DNA of 24,000 bases from Undibacterium cyanobacteriorum (GCF_031326225.1 NZ_CP133720.1:4046139-4070138), one strand, 5' to 3'; shown: positions 1-9,671, counted from the stretch's first letter. Program-made: numbers and translations. Notes: generated from the sequence alone by a model not told the origin.

Positions 1-3000
1 GCGCTTGGATTGACGTTTTTCAAATCGTGAATCAATTGCGCCAAATCTTCGATCGAGTAAATATCATGATGTGGTGGCGGCGAGATCAAGCCAACGCCTG
101 GCACAGAGAAACGTAATTTCGCGATGTATTCAGACACCTTATGACCTGGTAACTGACCACCTTCACCTGGTTTCGCACCTTGCGCCATCTTGATCTGGAT
201 TTGATCAGCGGAGGTCAAGTATTCAGCAGTCACACCGAAACGACCTGAAGCCACTTGTTTAATGCGGGAACGCAGCGAGTCACCGTCTTGCAAAGGAATA
301 TCGACTTCGACTTGTTCCTTGCCAATCACGGAGGCCAAAGTTGCGCCTTGTTTGATCGGGATACCTTTCAATTCTTGTGTATAACGCGCTGGATCTTCAC
401 CGCCTTCGCCGGTGTTCGACTTACCACCGATACGGTTCATCGCGATCGCTAAAGTGGCATGTGCTTCGGTACTGATCGAGCCCAGCGACATCGCACCTGT
501 AGCAAAGCGTTTGACGATCTCTTTTGCAGGTTCGACCTGCTCCAAAGGAATCGCTTTGCTTGGATCAATCTTGAATTCAAACAAGCCACGCAGAGTCATG
601 TGACGTTTGGATTGATCGTTAATCAGTTGTGCGTACTCTTTATACGTGTTGAAGTTATTCGAGCGCGTGGAATGCTGCAACTTGGCGATTGAATCGGGTG
701 TCCACATATGGTCTTCACCACGTACGCGGAAAGCATATTCACCGCCAGCATCCAAAGCATTCGCCAACACAGGGTCTTTACCAAAAGCCAGCTTATGCAA
801 GCGCAACGCTTCCTCTGCCACTTCAAATACGCCGATGCCTTCAACGTTCGATGCCGTGCCACGGAAATATTTGTCGACCAAGGATTTATTCAAACCAACG
901 GCTTCGAAAATCTGTGCACCACAGTAAGACATGTAGGTAGAGATACCCATTTTCGACATGACTTTATGCAAGCCTTTGCCGATCGCTTTGGTGTAGTTGT
1001 AAATGGCTTTTTCAGCGTCGACATCTTTCAACTGCAAAGTTGGATCATTCACCATTGCGGCCAAGGTTTCCATCGCCAAGTAAGGATGAACCGCTTCGGC
1101 ACCGTAACCCGCCAACAAGGCAAAATGATGTGTCTCGCGTGCCGAGCCTGTCTCAACCACTAAACCTGTAGTGGTACGCAAGCCCTTGCTGACCAAGTGT
1201 TGATGCACAGTTGAGGTTGCCAATAAGGCTGGGATAGCGACATGATCCGCATCCATCTTGCGATCCGTAATGATCATGATGTTGTGGCCAGACTTGACCG
1301 CATCCACCACTTCGGCGCAGATGGAAGCTAAGCGCGCTTCAATACCATCTTTACCCCACGCGACTGGATAGCAGATATCGAGTTCATAGGATTTGAACTT
1401 GCCACCAGTGTTCGCACTGATGTTACGCAGCTTAGCGATATCATCAAAGTTCAAGATCGGTTGCGACACTTCCAAACGCATCGGTGGATTGATGTTATTG
1501 GTGTCGAGCAGATTTGGCTTTGGCCCAATGAAGGACACCAAGGACATCACCATCGCTTCACGAATAGGATCGATCGGTGGATTCGTCACCTGCGCGAACA
1601 ATTGCTTGAAGTAGTTATACAAAGGTTTGAGCTTGTTCGACATCACCGCCAAAGAAGCATCGTTACCCATAGAACCGATCGCTTCTTCGCCACTACCTGC
1701 CATTGGCTCCATCAAGAATTTAATATCTTCTTGGGTATAACCGAATGCTTGCTGGCGATCGAGCAAACTTGCCTTTGCGGCTTCTTCCTTCACCTCACCT
1801 TTTAAGGCGCTGAGTTTGATACGCACCGAGTTAATCCATTGTTTGTATGGCTTAGCGTTGGCGTAAGTATCTTTGATTTCTTTGTCGTCGATGATGCGAC
1901 CGGCTTCGAGGTCGATCAAGAACATCTTGCCTGGCTGCAGACGCCATTTCTTGATGATGCGCGCTTCTGGGATCGGCAACACACCAGATTCCGAAGCCAT
2001 CACCACCAAATCATCGTCGGTAATGATGTAACGCGCTGGACGCAAGCCATTACGATCCAAAGTACCACCAATTTGACGACCATCGGTAAACGCCATCGCT
2101 GCTGGGCCATCCCATGGCTCCATCATGGCCGCGTGGTATTCATAGAAGGCACGACGATTGTCATCCATCATGGTGTGGTTTTCCCACGCTTCAGGAATCA
2201 TCATCATCATCGCTTGCGCGATGGGGTAACCTGCCATCACTAACAGTTCGAGTGCGTTATCGAAACTCGCGGTGTCAGATTGGCCTTCAAAAATCAAAGG
2301 ATAAAGTTTTTGGAGATCGTCGCCGAGCACTGCCGACTTCATCACACCTTCGCGGGCACGCATCCAGTTGAAGTTACCTTTAACGGTATTGATTTCACCA
2401 TTGTGCGCAATCATGCGGTAGGGGTGAGCCAGTGGCCATTCTGGGAAGGTATTGGTGGAGAAACGTTGATGCACCAAGGCCAAGGCCGATACGCAACGCG
2501 CATCTTGCAAGTCTTTGTAGTAGACACCGACCTGATCAGCCAACAGCAAACCTTTGTAGACAATCGTCCGCGCCGACATCGATGGTACGAAATACTCTTT
2601 GCCATGCAAGAGCTTCAAAGCTTCAATCGCATGCACGGCCGATTTACGAATCACATACAACTTACGTTCCAAAGCATCAGTCACCATGATGTCTGGGCCG
2701 CGGCCGATGAAGATCTGACGAATCACTGGCTCTTTTTCACGCACTGTCGGCGACATCGGCATGTCGCGATCGACCGGTACATCACGCCAGCCCAACACCA
2801 CTTGCCCTTCGGCACGCACCGCACGTTCAATCTCTTGTTCGCAAGCCAAACGCGAAGCATGTTCCTTCGGCAGGAAGATCATGCCAACGCCATATTCGCC
2901 AGGTGGTGGCAAATCGACGCCCTGCTTCGCCATTTCCTCACGGTAAAATTGATCTGGGATTTGAATCAAGACACCCGCACCATCGCCCATCAAAGCATCG

Positions 3001-3152
3001 GCACCGACCGCACCGCGGTGATCCAAATTCTTCAGAATCAACAAGCCTTGTTCAATGATGGCATGCGATTTCTTACCTTTAATATGAGCAACAAAACCGA
3101 CACCGCAGGCGTCTTTTTCATTACTTGGGTCGTATAAACCTTGTGCGTGCAT
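1..3152 (-). CDS. gltB: Glutamate synthase (NADPH) large subunit, N-terminal ~1050 codons; the gene continues beyond the window start
   Basis: My own translation of the minus strand starts at the ATG (complement of 3150-3152), with a GAGGAA Shine-Dalgarno just upstream. It reads [26 protein letters not shown]... (Ntn-amidotransferase Cys), ...[16 protein letters not shown]..., ...[13 protein letters not shown]..., ...[19 protein letters not shown]... and ...[16 protein letters not shown]..., with no stops down to position 1. It is absent from the ORF track because it has no stop in the window. The plus-strand ORFs at 255-3137 are shadow ORFs. Confidence 0.97.
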   Translation of the reverse strand, partial: MHAQGLYDPSNEKDACGVGFVAHIKGKKSHAIIEQGLLILKNLDHRGAVGADALMGDGAGVLIQIPDQFYREEMAKQGVDLPPPGEYGVGMIFLPKEHASRLACEQEIERAVRAEGQVVLGWRDVPVDRDMPMSPTVREKEPVIRQIFIGRGPDIMVTDALERKLYVIRKSAVHAIEALKLLHGKEYFVPSMSARTIVYKGLLLADQVGVYYKDLQDARCVSALALVHQRFSTNTFPEWPLAHPYRMIAHNGEINTVKGNFNWMRAREGVMKSAVLGDDLQKLYPLIFEGQSDTASFDNALELLVMAGYPIAQAMMMMIPEAWENHTMMDDNRRAFYEYHAAMMEPWDGPAAMAFTDGRQIGGTLDRNGLRPARYIITDDDLVVMASESGVLPIPEARIIKKWRLQPGKMFLIDLEAGRIIDDKEIKDTYANAKPYKQWINSVRIKLSALKGEVKEEAAKASLLDRQQAFGYTQEDIKFLMEPMAGSGEEAIGSMGNDASLAVMSNKLKPLYNYFKQLFAQVTNPPIDPIREAMVMSLVSFIGPKPNLLDTNNINPPMRLEVSQPILNFDDIAKLRNISANTGGKFKSYELDICYPVAWGKDGIEARLASICAEVVDAVKSGHNIMIITDRKMDADHVAIPALLATSTVHQHLVSKGLRTTTGLVVETGSARETHHFALLAGYGAEAVHPYLAMETLAAMVNDPTLQLKDVDAEKAIYNYTKAIGKGLHKVMSKMGISTYMSYCGAQIFEAVGLNKSLVDKYFRGTASNVEGIGVFEVAEEALRLHKLAFGKDPVLANALDAGGEYAFRVRGEDHMWTPDSIAKLQHSTRSNNFNTYKEYAQLINDQSKRHMTLRGLFEFKIDPSKAIPLEQVEPAKEIVKRFATGAMSLGSISTEAHATLAIAMNRIGGKSNTGEGGEDPARYTQELKGIPIKQGATLASVIGKEQVEVDIPLQDGDSLRSRIKQVASGRFGVTAEYLTSADQIQIKMAQGAKPGEGGQLPGHKVSEYIAKLRFSVPGVGLISPPPHHDIYSIEDLAQLIHDLKNVNPS

Positions 3153-3700
3153 ACTTTCCTCACTTAAGCCTAAGCCGTGGGACTACCGGCTATTTCGCAG
3201 AAACTCCCAAATAAAGTTTTGAGAAACTGCAAATCAACATTAAAAAATCAAACTTGGGCTCAAGAATAGTGCAGTGCAATAGGAAAAACAACAAGAAAAA
3301 ATAGGGTCAGAGCGTTTAAAAAGTGGTCTTAAAACGGCATATTATTTAAAAGGGACAGTGTCCATTTACGCAGGTATTTTATGCAGAGTGAAAACTTGCA
3401 TTCAAGCCTTTCAGTAGCATGGTATGAGGGATCGAAGTGGTTTGTTAGAGTTTTACTTAGACTTGTACAACGCTATCAAAAAAACTCGAGTGTAGCGTTC
3501 AAAAAGAGGAATCCCCCTTCAGCCTGCACGACCTCACATCAAGAAATTGAAGCTACCATCATTATCAATAAGCTCACTATTTATCGAAAAACGCATGTAG
3601 TATTGTTAATTTTAAACGCTCAACGCGACCGCATTTCAAGTACGAGCGAATGCGCCACTTTCGCCGAAACAAGTAAATAGAAAAATTAAGAGACCCCACG

Positions 3701-4051
3701 ATGCAAAGATCAATCGCCCTCAGCTTTGCTTTTGTAATGTGCGCCTTCACCGGTTGCGATGCGAAACAATCGTCACAAGACACGCTCTATAGCGGTGACT
3801 ATTTCTATAATTTCGAAAATGCGATCTTCACACAAGATGGACAGGAAGAAGAATGGTGTGTCAGCGGCCTCTCTTTGGCGAAAGCAGAGCGGCAAGGTGA
3901 AAACGGCCAAGATCCATGGGGCACGACCCATCTCGTACTACGTGGCAAACTTGGCCCATTAGGCAGTTATGGCGGCCTTGGACGATGTAAGCGAATTCTC
4001 GAGGTCACCGAGATTATCGAAATTAGCAATATGCGCGGCCCTGATGGTTGA
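3701..4051 (+). CDS. Small putative lipoprotein (116 aa), function unknown
   Basis: ORF track. The N-terminus MQRSIALSFAFVMCAFTGC has a charged n-region, a hydrophobic core and a lipobox-like FTG|C. The stop TGA at 4049-4051 overlaps the TTG at 4048 of the next ORF. I recognise no family. Confidence 0.6.
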   Translation: MQRSIALSFAFVMCAFTGCDAKQSSQDTLYSGDYFYNFENAIFTQDGQEEEWCVSGLSLAKAERQGENGQDPWGTTHLVLRGKLGPLGSYGGLGRCKRILEVTEIIEISNMRGPDG

Positions 4052-4077
4052 GCGCTACCCAACTTATCCACACTCAT

Positions 4078-5019
4078 ATGCAAACACCATTCTTCGAACA
4101 AACACAATCCGCGAGAAACATACTTCTAGTTGGTGCAGGCGGTGGCTTTGACATTGTCAGCGGCATCGCCTTGTATTCTCATTTCCGTCAGCAGGGAAAA
4201 AGCTTAGTTTTGGCCAACCTTTCCTTTAGCGCGCTCGATTTTTCTGGAAGCGAGGAAGTATGCCCTGGGACGTTTCGAATCAGTCGTCAATCCGATGACT
4301 TACCGTATTTCCCCGAAAAATATATCCTCGACTGGATTGCGGACGCAGGACATGAATGTCCGCCGATGTACGGATTCTCAGACCAAATAGGTGTGCGACC
4401 GCTCGCTGCTGGATATACACATATCATCGAACAACATCACATCGATACCATTATTTTGGTTGATGGAGGTACAGACAGTTTGATGTTTGGCGATGAAGTT
4501 CGGGTTGGTACCATCATTGAAGATGCGTGCTCTATCGTGGCCGCGAATCTGGTCATGCCCAATCATGCTTATTTGGCCGCTATCGGCTTTGGAGTAGAAC
4601 ATGATTTCAATCACCATGCCTGCTTGGAAAATATCGCAACGCTCAGCCGCAGCGGTAGTTTTTTGGGTTCAATCGCACTGACCAACGACATGCAGGAAGG
4701 AAAAGACTTCGTATCCTTAGTCGAATACTTAAATCAAAAAATGCCTTTGCACCGCAGTATCGTCAACAACTCAATTGCTAGCGCGGTGATTGGCAGCTTT
4801 GGTGACCAACACTTCACGCAGCGCACCAAAGGTAGTACGCAATTTGTGAGCCCATTCATGAGCCTGTACTGGTTCTTCAATTTAAAAGGGATTCATGAGC
4901 ACCTTCAATTTGCGCGCGACATCATCAACACGGAAACGAAAGGCGACATCGTCGAGGTCTATCAACGCCATCGGTCAACAACACCAAGACGCCCCGACGC
5001 GAAGATTCCATTGACTTGA
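4078..5019 (+). CDS. DUF1152-like protein of unknown function
   Basis: The ORF track gives 4048-5019. The first ATG is at 4078, and the TTG at 4048 would overlap the upstream stop (TTGA). The motifs NILLVGAGGGFDIVSG and IILVDGGTDSLMFGDE match my recollection of the DUF1152 (PF06626) pattern (GxGGGxD ... DGGxD). The family assignment is from memory and was not searched. Confidence 0.6.
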   Translation: MQTPFFEQTQSARNILLVGAGGGFDIVSGIALYSHFRQQGKSLVLANLSFSALDFSGSEEVCPGTFRISRQSDDLPYFPEKYILDWIADAGHECPPMYGFSDQIGVRPLAAGYTHIIEQHHIDTIILVDGGTDSLMFGDEVRVGTIIEDACSIVAANLVMPNHAYLAAIGFGVEHDFNHHACLENIATLSRSGSFLGSIALTNDMQEGKDFVSLVEYLNQKMPLHRSIVNNSIASAVIGSFGDQHFTQRTKGSTQFVSPFMSLYWFFNLKGIHEHLQFARDIINTETKGDIVEVYQRHRSTTPRRPDAKIPLT

Positions 5020-5170
5020 TGCAGCACACGATCCCCGTTAATGTCGATAACAAATAAACTGAAAACTGTTTGACGATTGAACTGACTTTACCACTCATCA
5101 AGTCACTACAAGAATTCACTCGATTCTCAACTAAAGACAAACCACAGCAATTTTGAGATCCCTACAAACC

Positions 5171-5709
5171 ATGCGAAAACTGTACCTCCAAGCCTTCATC
5201 CTCGGCATCACAATCATCAATCCACTCTCTGCTGAAGCTGCAACCGAAGCCTTAAGCGCATGGGAGAAGTGGCTCGCACGACCCAGCGCTGACGCGGCTC
5301 AGCAGGTTCGAGAGATAGCGTATGGGTCCAATTCACGTCAAGCAATTGATCCAGACATGCGCCTCACACGCGACCTCAAACTTTTAGAAAAGAGATTGTC
5401 GCAAAAAAAAAGGGCGCTTTGGAGATCGCTATTCGCTTGACGGCAAGCACAGAACCTGGCGATGTATTGGAAAGTCTGTATGAGATGTTGGGGCGCGCAG
5501 CGGCATCGAGGCCGCGTCATTTTCTGCAGGCGCTTCTGCAGGAAAATCAAGGGCGTAGCTGCCTAGGCGTTAACTTTCTTGGTGAGCGATTTGTCGATGA
5601 TTTCAAGGCACAAAAGGCCGAGATTGCTAGACGCAAAAGCAAACTACGAGATGTCAAAGCGCCTCATCTCAAAGATATCCGTGATCTTTGTTTGAAAACA
5701 CTGGGATGA
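5171..5709 (+). pseudogene. Signal-peptide protein split between two frames at an A9 run (frameshifted pseudogene, homopolymer assembly error, or -1 recoded/phase-variable gene)
   Basis: ORF 5153/5171-5440 (MRKLYLQAFILGITIINPLSAEAATE...) and ORF 5419-5709 meet at the A9 run 5403-5411. The downstream frame is open from 5389 and has no ATG or SD of its own. One extra A or a -1 slip gives a continuous ~179-aa product (...RLSQKKKGALEIAIRLTAS...). Confidence 0.55.
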
Positions 5710-5778
5710 CTACTTCCAAAGCTTACGTCACACTTAAAACCTATGATTCAACATCCTGTAGCTTCCATAGTCGCAATT

Positions 5779-5804
5779 GCTGTCAACTAAAGCTGTCAAC
5801 TAAA
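5779..5804. repeat. Perfect tandem duplication of a 13-mer, GCTGTCAACTAAA x2
   Basis: Read directly from the sequence: 5779-5791 and 5792-5804 are identical. The repeat lies ~95 bp upstream of the ATG at 5898. Confidence 0.9.
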
Positions 5805-5897
5805 CACCAGCTGAAGCATTAATTCCCGATTAGGCGACGAATTCGAACACCCAACTTCATTCCAGATCAACGTCACTCTTCCTTGAGGACCTCCATC

Positions 5898-6746
5898 ATG
5901 CCGCTCAGTGCGACCTACTTTTTTTCAGCATCGACGAAGCCCAAATTTTTCGGCACTTGCCTCTATGCGCTGATCACTGCAAGCATTTTATCGCTCTGCG
6001 CATGTTCCAAAGCGGAATTGGGCGGAGCACAGACGAGCAAAGACCCCTCAGCAACCAAGACATCAAGTAATCACTTCTTAGCCTACCAACATCAAGTGAG
6101 ATTAGAGCTCGAAGCGGAACGCATCGGCACGGTCAGCGCGCAATTGGAGAAAGTTTGTGCCGCCGCTGTCAATGAACATTGCGAACTGCTAGAGTCTCAG
6201 TTGAACACAGGACATGGCAGTAGCGCGAACTTGAAATTTCGAGCAAGTCGCGCAGGCATTAAATCTATCCTGTTAGAGTTAGAAAAACTTGGCAAAGTCA
6301 TCGATCAATCAACGACGGCAGAAGATCTCGCAGGACCGATCGGTGATACTAAAAAGAAGCAGGAACTCTTGACCGACTACCGCCAACGCCTCGAAGCTTT
6401 ACGAGAGCGTGCCAAGAATGATGTGGATGCGCTCATCAAGGTCAACAAAGAACTCGCACAGGTGCAAAGTGATTTAGAGGCCTTGAACGGAAAATATGCG
6501 CAACTGCAACAGCGCGTCGATACTGAAATACTCTATGTCCGTTTGTCGAGTATCGAACAGTCCTCGTTCTCGGCCCCCTTGAAGAATGCCTTGCACGATT
6601 TTTCCAGCAACTTAGCGCAAGGGTCCGCCTCAGCCATTACAGGATTTGCTTACCTCTTACCTTGGTCGATTTTACTGAGCCTCTGTTTCATCGTAATACG
6701 TAAAGTCTGGCGCTGGCGTAAAGATAAAAAAGTGCCAATGAAGTAA
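5898..6746 (+). CDS. DUF4349-like lipoprotein (N-terminal lipobox, central coiled coil, C-terminal TM helix)
   Basis: The ORF track gives 5883-6746. I prefer the ATG at 5898, which has a GAGGA SD at 5885-5889. The signal/lipobox is ...ITASILSLCAC|S. The coiled-coil stretch TAEDLAGPIGDTKKKQELLTDYRQRLEALRERAKNDVDALIKVNKELAQVQSDLEALNGKYAQLQQRVDTEILYVRL is typical of DUF4349 as I remember it. The C-terminus is hydrophobic (YLLPWSILLSLCFIVI). Confidence 0.7.
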   Translation: MPLSATYFFSASTKPKFFGTCLYALITASILSLCACSKAELGGAQTSKDPSATKTSSNHFLAYQHQVRLELEAERIGTVSAQLEKVCAAAVNEHCELLESQLNTGHGSSANLKFRASRAGIKSILLELEKLGKVIDQSTTAEDLAGPIGDTKKKQELLTDYRQRLEALRERAKNDVDALIKVNKELAQVQSDLEALNGKYAQLQQRVDTEILYVRLSSIEQSSFSAPLKNALHDFSSNLAQGSASAITGFAYLLPWSILLSLCFIVIRKVWRWRKDKKVPMK

Positions 6747-6848
6747 TAAGCGTAGGTTTGGTGATATTTTGGCGCAAGCTACATGCCTAACCGAATATGG
6801 AAGTCAGTCTGCGCAATAAATTTTCTCAATTACCAAGGTGTTTTTACT

Positions 6849-7421
6849 ATGCCACAATCGTCTTATGAATCTCACGCAGGAAAGTTCATAGAACTGCGCA
6901 GCGTATCGTCGATTGGCGTGGAAACTTTACAAAGTTGGTCCGATCGTCTAACAAGCCCAGCACGAATTCTCGACATTGGTTGCGGCTCCGGAAAACCACT
7001 CGGCATAACTCTCGCAGGACGCGGTCATCTACTCTTCGGGATTGATTGCTCCGCAACCCTTGCCAAACTCTATGAACAGACCGTCCCCAAATCACGCGTT
7101 GAATGCGCAAACTTTCTCAAGTCAGATTGCTTCCACTTGAAATTTGATGCAACGATCGCGATTGGTGTGATCTTCCTGCTCACGTCCGAGCAACAACAAG
7201 AAATGATTCGGAAGATTGCTAGCTGTCTTGCCCCCAAGGGGCATGTTCTCTTCACTGCTCCGACTCAAGTCCATCAATGGAAAGATGTAATAACAGGCAG
7301 CATTTCGACTTCCTTAGGCCGAGAACAATATCTGAAAATCGGCATTGAGTCCGGTCTACGCTTAGTCGATGAATACCAAGATGAGGGGGGCAACCATTAC
7401 TATGCGATGCTAAAGTGCTAG
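6849..7421 (+). CDS. Class I SAM-dependent methyltransferase
   Basis: The ORF track gives 6783-7421. The ATG at 6849 follows AAGGTG (6835-6840). Motif I is ILDIGCGSGKP, with a downstream acidic loop LLFGIDCS. The substrate is unknown. Confidence 0.8.
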   Translation: MPQSSYESHAGKFIELRSVSSIGVETLQSWSDRLTSPARILDIGCGSGKPLGITLAGRGHLLFGIDCSATLAKLYEQTVPKSRVECANFLKSDCFHLKFDATIAIGVIFLLTSEQQQEMIRKIASCLAPKGHVLFTAPTQVHQWKDVITGSISTSLGREQYLKIGIESGLRLVDEYQDEGGNHYYAMLKC

Positions 7422-7491
7422 AACCGCCAACTCGAACTCAATTATTTTGGTTGGCGATGAACGACATCCAAAAACCGCACTCACGATTCGA

Positions 7492-7905
7492 TTAGGGCGC
7501 TGAAGTACTAGCAATCCCATGCTGCTCCAACCACTGATACGCCGCAGCCAAATCCAGACTACGTTCATACGGAACCAGCTGTTGCGCTCTTTGCGATAAG
7601 GTCTCCACCAAACGCACATGCAGCTCTGATGGCAATAATCCGGTGAAGGCCACCATGCCATGTTTGACGCCGACTTCAAAGAAGTGCCACCACGCTTCGA
7701 TTGCCTCTGGTGTCGCGCCGGCCCATTGCCGCGCATCACTCAACAATCCCCAAGGCTTGCCTCCGTGCTCCTCCCATAGTGGTAATGAAGCCTGCAGTAG
7801 TTGACGTGCTGTGATGTCGTTCCACACATCAAAATACTCGACGAAAAATACATCGCCCTGCCATTGAATCTTAAACTCACCGTGAGGTTTTGGTATGAAT
7901 CGCAT
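7492..7905 (-). CDS. Hypothetical 137-aa protein (possibly STAS/SpoIIAA-like fold; weak)
   Basis: ORF track. An AGGAG SD lies 8 nt upstream of the ATG (reverse complement of 7906-7925 = tatcttcaggagccaagatc). The composition looks globular and protein-like. The fold suggestion is only an impression from MRFIPKPHGEFKIQWQGDVFFVEYFDVWN... Confidence 0.7.
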   Translation of the reverse strand: MRFIPKPHGEFKIQWQGDVFFVEYFDVWNDITARQLLQASLPLWEEHGGKPWGLLSDARQWAGATPEAIEAWWHFFEVGVKHGMVAFTGLLPSELHVRLVETLSQRAQQLVPYERSLDLAAAYQWLEQHGIASTSAP

Positions 7906-8060
7906 GGATCTTGGCTCCTGAAGATAAGACCATCATAGCCAACTCAGGTAAGTGCGACAAGCTCACTCACTGCCCCTGTCGTTTCTGCACGAATGCAGCC
8001 CATATCGATGGGCGGGAACCCAAACAACTTATCGCGTCGTGCTGCAAATATGGAAGCGGA

Positions 8061-8279
8061 CTAAGTCTCGAGCTCGGCAGAAGAACTGCTTGGTAATGCG
8101 GGCGTCACTTGCGGAATAGAGTCGTGATGCCAGTCCTCGCCAAACAATTCCATAGGATGTGCAGTCCGATCCGCGCCGTTACCGCAGGCCAAAGAATCAC
8201 TTGGACAATAGCGATCACACCCCCAACATAGGCGCTCAGGATGGGATGGATGCAAAGGAAATTTTTTGGCGACTGTCAT
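8061..8279 (-). CDS. Small Cys-rich protein, DUF3079-like (72 aa)
   Basis: This is the internal ATG (complement of 8277-8279) of the 185-aa track ORF, preceded by AAGGGA. The product MTVAKKFPLHPSHPERLCWGCDRYCPSDSLACGNGADRTAHPMELFGEDW... matches my memory of the proteobacterial DUF3079 family. It has a CxxCxxxCx6C motif. The 113 codons upstream look non-coding. Confidence 0.65.
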   Translation of the reverse strand: MTVAKKFPLHPSHPERLCWGCDRYCPSDSLACGNGADRTAHPMELFGEDWHHDSIPQVTPALPSSSSAELET

Positions 8280-8486
8280 TCCCTTACTCTGGCACGAGGG
8301 AGCCGCAAATGAAACGAAAGTCGGGAGCGAACGATGTATTTTTTGATGCAGCACAAGAAAAATACATCGCGGTGAAGCACTTCTCTCGACTTTTTGCGCG
8401 GGTACAGAACAATCGCATTTCATCCTCAAAAAGACTGCTCCCCGTACATAGGCTATGGCTTGAAAACCAGTTTTTATATCGCCAGC

Positions 8487-9647
8487 TTGAAAGCTGTACT
8501 GCAGCGTTTCGCCCCTATTTCGACCACACTCAGTTGGCGCGATCGTTGGCGGGCTAGCCTCGGCGCGCTCTGTGGACTGATGAGTGCGAGTTGGATAAGT
8601 TATCTGCTGTTTGGCCACGCCAGTATGCCCTTACTGATCGCCCCAATGGGCGCGAGTGCAGCATTAATTTTTATCCTCCCCTCGTCACCGTTGGCGCAAC
8701 CTTGGGCCGTGGTATTCGGCAATAGCATTTCAGCCTTGGTGGGGGTTGCCTGCATCCACCTGTTTCAAGCGCATGCCGCCGTCGCCGCACTGGCGGTCAC
8801 GCTGGCCATCCTCGCCATGTTCATCACACATAGCCTACATCCGCCTGGCGGCGCGATTGCGTTGCTGGCGGTCTTGGGCGATAGCAACATCAGTAGCCTC
8901 TCTTGGCACTATGCGCTCGCCCCCGTGGCGCTGCAATCACTGTGTTTAGTCGTCTGCGCACTCGCGTATCACAAGTTGCATACGATTTCCTATCCGCATA
9001 CCGATTCCAAACAAAGCAATCTTCATCGTACTGGCGACCAAGTCATCAGCGCCAGGCTTGGTGTCAGCGATGCGGACCTTGATGCCGTGCTCGAACAACA
9101 AGGCACCATGCTCGATATCACGCGTGCCGATTTACAGTCACTCATCAGTCAAGTGGAAATTCAAGTACACCAGCGCCACCACGGCACAATCCGGTGTAAG
9201 GATATTATGTCGCAGCATCTCGTCACCGTCGAATTTGAAACTTCCTTGGAGCAGTGTTGGCAGCTCCTGCGCACACACAAAATTGGTAGTCTTCCCGTGG
9301 TCACCGCCGAGCAAAACATCATCGGCGTCATCAGTCTCATTGATTTCTTGAAGCATGCAGGGCTCGATGTCTATCACGATTTCGATCTGCGCCTACGACA
9401 GGTTTTGGACCAGGCTCGCGCCTTGAGTGGCAGCGAGGTGTCAGTTGCTGGCCATATTATGAGTGGACAACCGATCACCGCCTCAAGCGAAAGTAATATC
9501 TTAGAACTGGTGCCGCTTTTCAGCGATCACGGGCTTCACTCGGTACCCATCGTGGACGCATCCAAACGTCTGTGTGGGATCGTCACTCAATCTGACCTGA
9601 TCGCAGCCTTGTATCAACTGCAGATCAGCGCACTGAGGACGCATTGA
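8487..9647 (+). CDS. HPP-family membrane protein with a C-terminal CBS-domain pair
   Basis: The ORF track gives 8394-9647. It has the signature SLHPPGGAIALLAVLG plus several TM helices, followed by two CBS-like modules (IMSQHLVTVEF...IGSLPVV...IGVISLIDFL and IMSGQPITASS...HSVPIVD...CGIVTQSDLI). The start is uncertain: there is no in-frame ATG before 8580, which would truncate TM1. I chose the TTG at 8487; a TTG at 8460 is also possible. Confidence 0.8.
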   Translation: MKAVLQRFAPISTTLSWRDRWRASLGALCGLMSASWISYLLFGHASMPLLIAPMGASAALIFILPSSPLAQPWAVVFGNSISALVGVACIHLFQAHAAVAALAVTLAILAMFITHSLHPPGGAIALLAVLGDSNISSLSWHYALAPVALQSLCLVVCALAYHKLHTISYPHTDSKQSNLHRTGDQVISARLGVSDADLDAVLEQQGTMLDITRADLQSLISQVEIQVHQRHHGTIRCKDIMSQHLVTVEFETSLEQCWQLLRTHKIGSLPVVTAEQNIIGVISLIDFLKHAGLDVYHDFDLRLRQVLDQARALSGSEVSVAGHIMSGQPITASSESNILELVPLFSDHGLHSVPIVDASKRLCGIVTQSDLIAALYQLQISALRTH

Positions 9648-9654
9648 GAACCCA

Positions 9655-9671
9655 CAAGGATTACATCCTTG
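9655..9671 (+). terminator. Weak hairpin after the HPP-CBS gene (CAAGGAT-TAC-ATCCTTG)
   Basis: A 7-bp perfect stem starts 8 nt after the stop codon. The loop is only 3 nt and the trailing sequence CTTTACC is a poor U-tract. Confidence 0.3.

Noticed and set aside
255-3137. Series of plus-strand ORFs in the track (e.g. 2280-3137, 285 aa; 708-1163, 151 aa)
   Set aside because: They lie antisense to an uninterrupted, unmistakable gltB reading frame on the minus strand. Their products are His/Arg-rich and low in complexity, which is typical of shadow ORFs.
3381-3680. 99-aa ORF in the AT-rich gltB upstream region
   Set aside because: It has no Shine-Dalgarno and its composition is driven by AT-rich DNA. 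It resembles nothing I recognise.
8280-8618. N-terminal 113 codons of the 185-aa minus-strand ORF 8061-8618
   Set aside because: Only the last 72 codons resemble a known small-protein family, and these have their own ATG and SD. The extension overlaps the HPP-CBS 5' region and looks non-coding.
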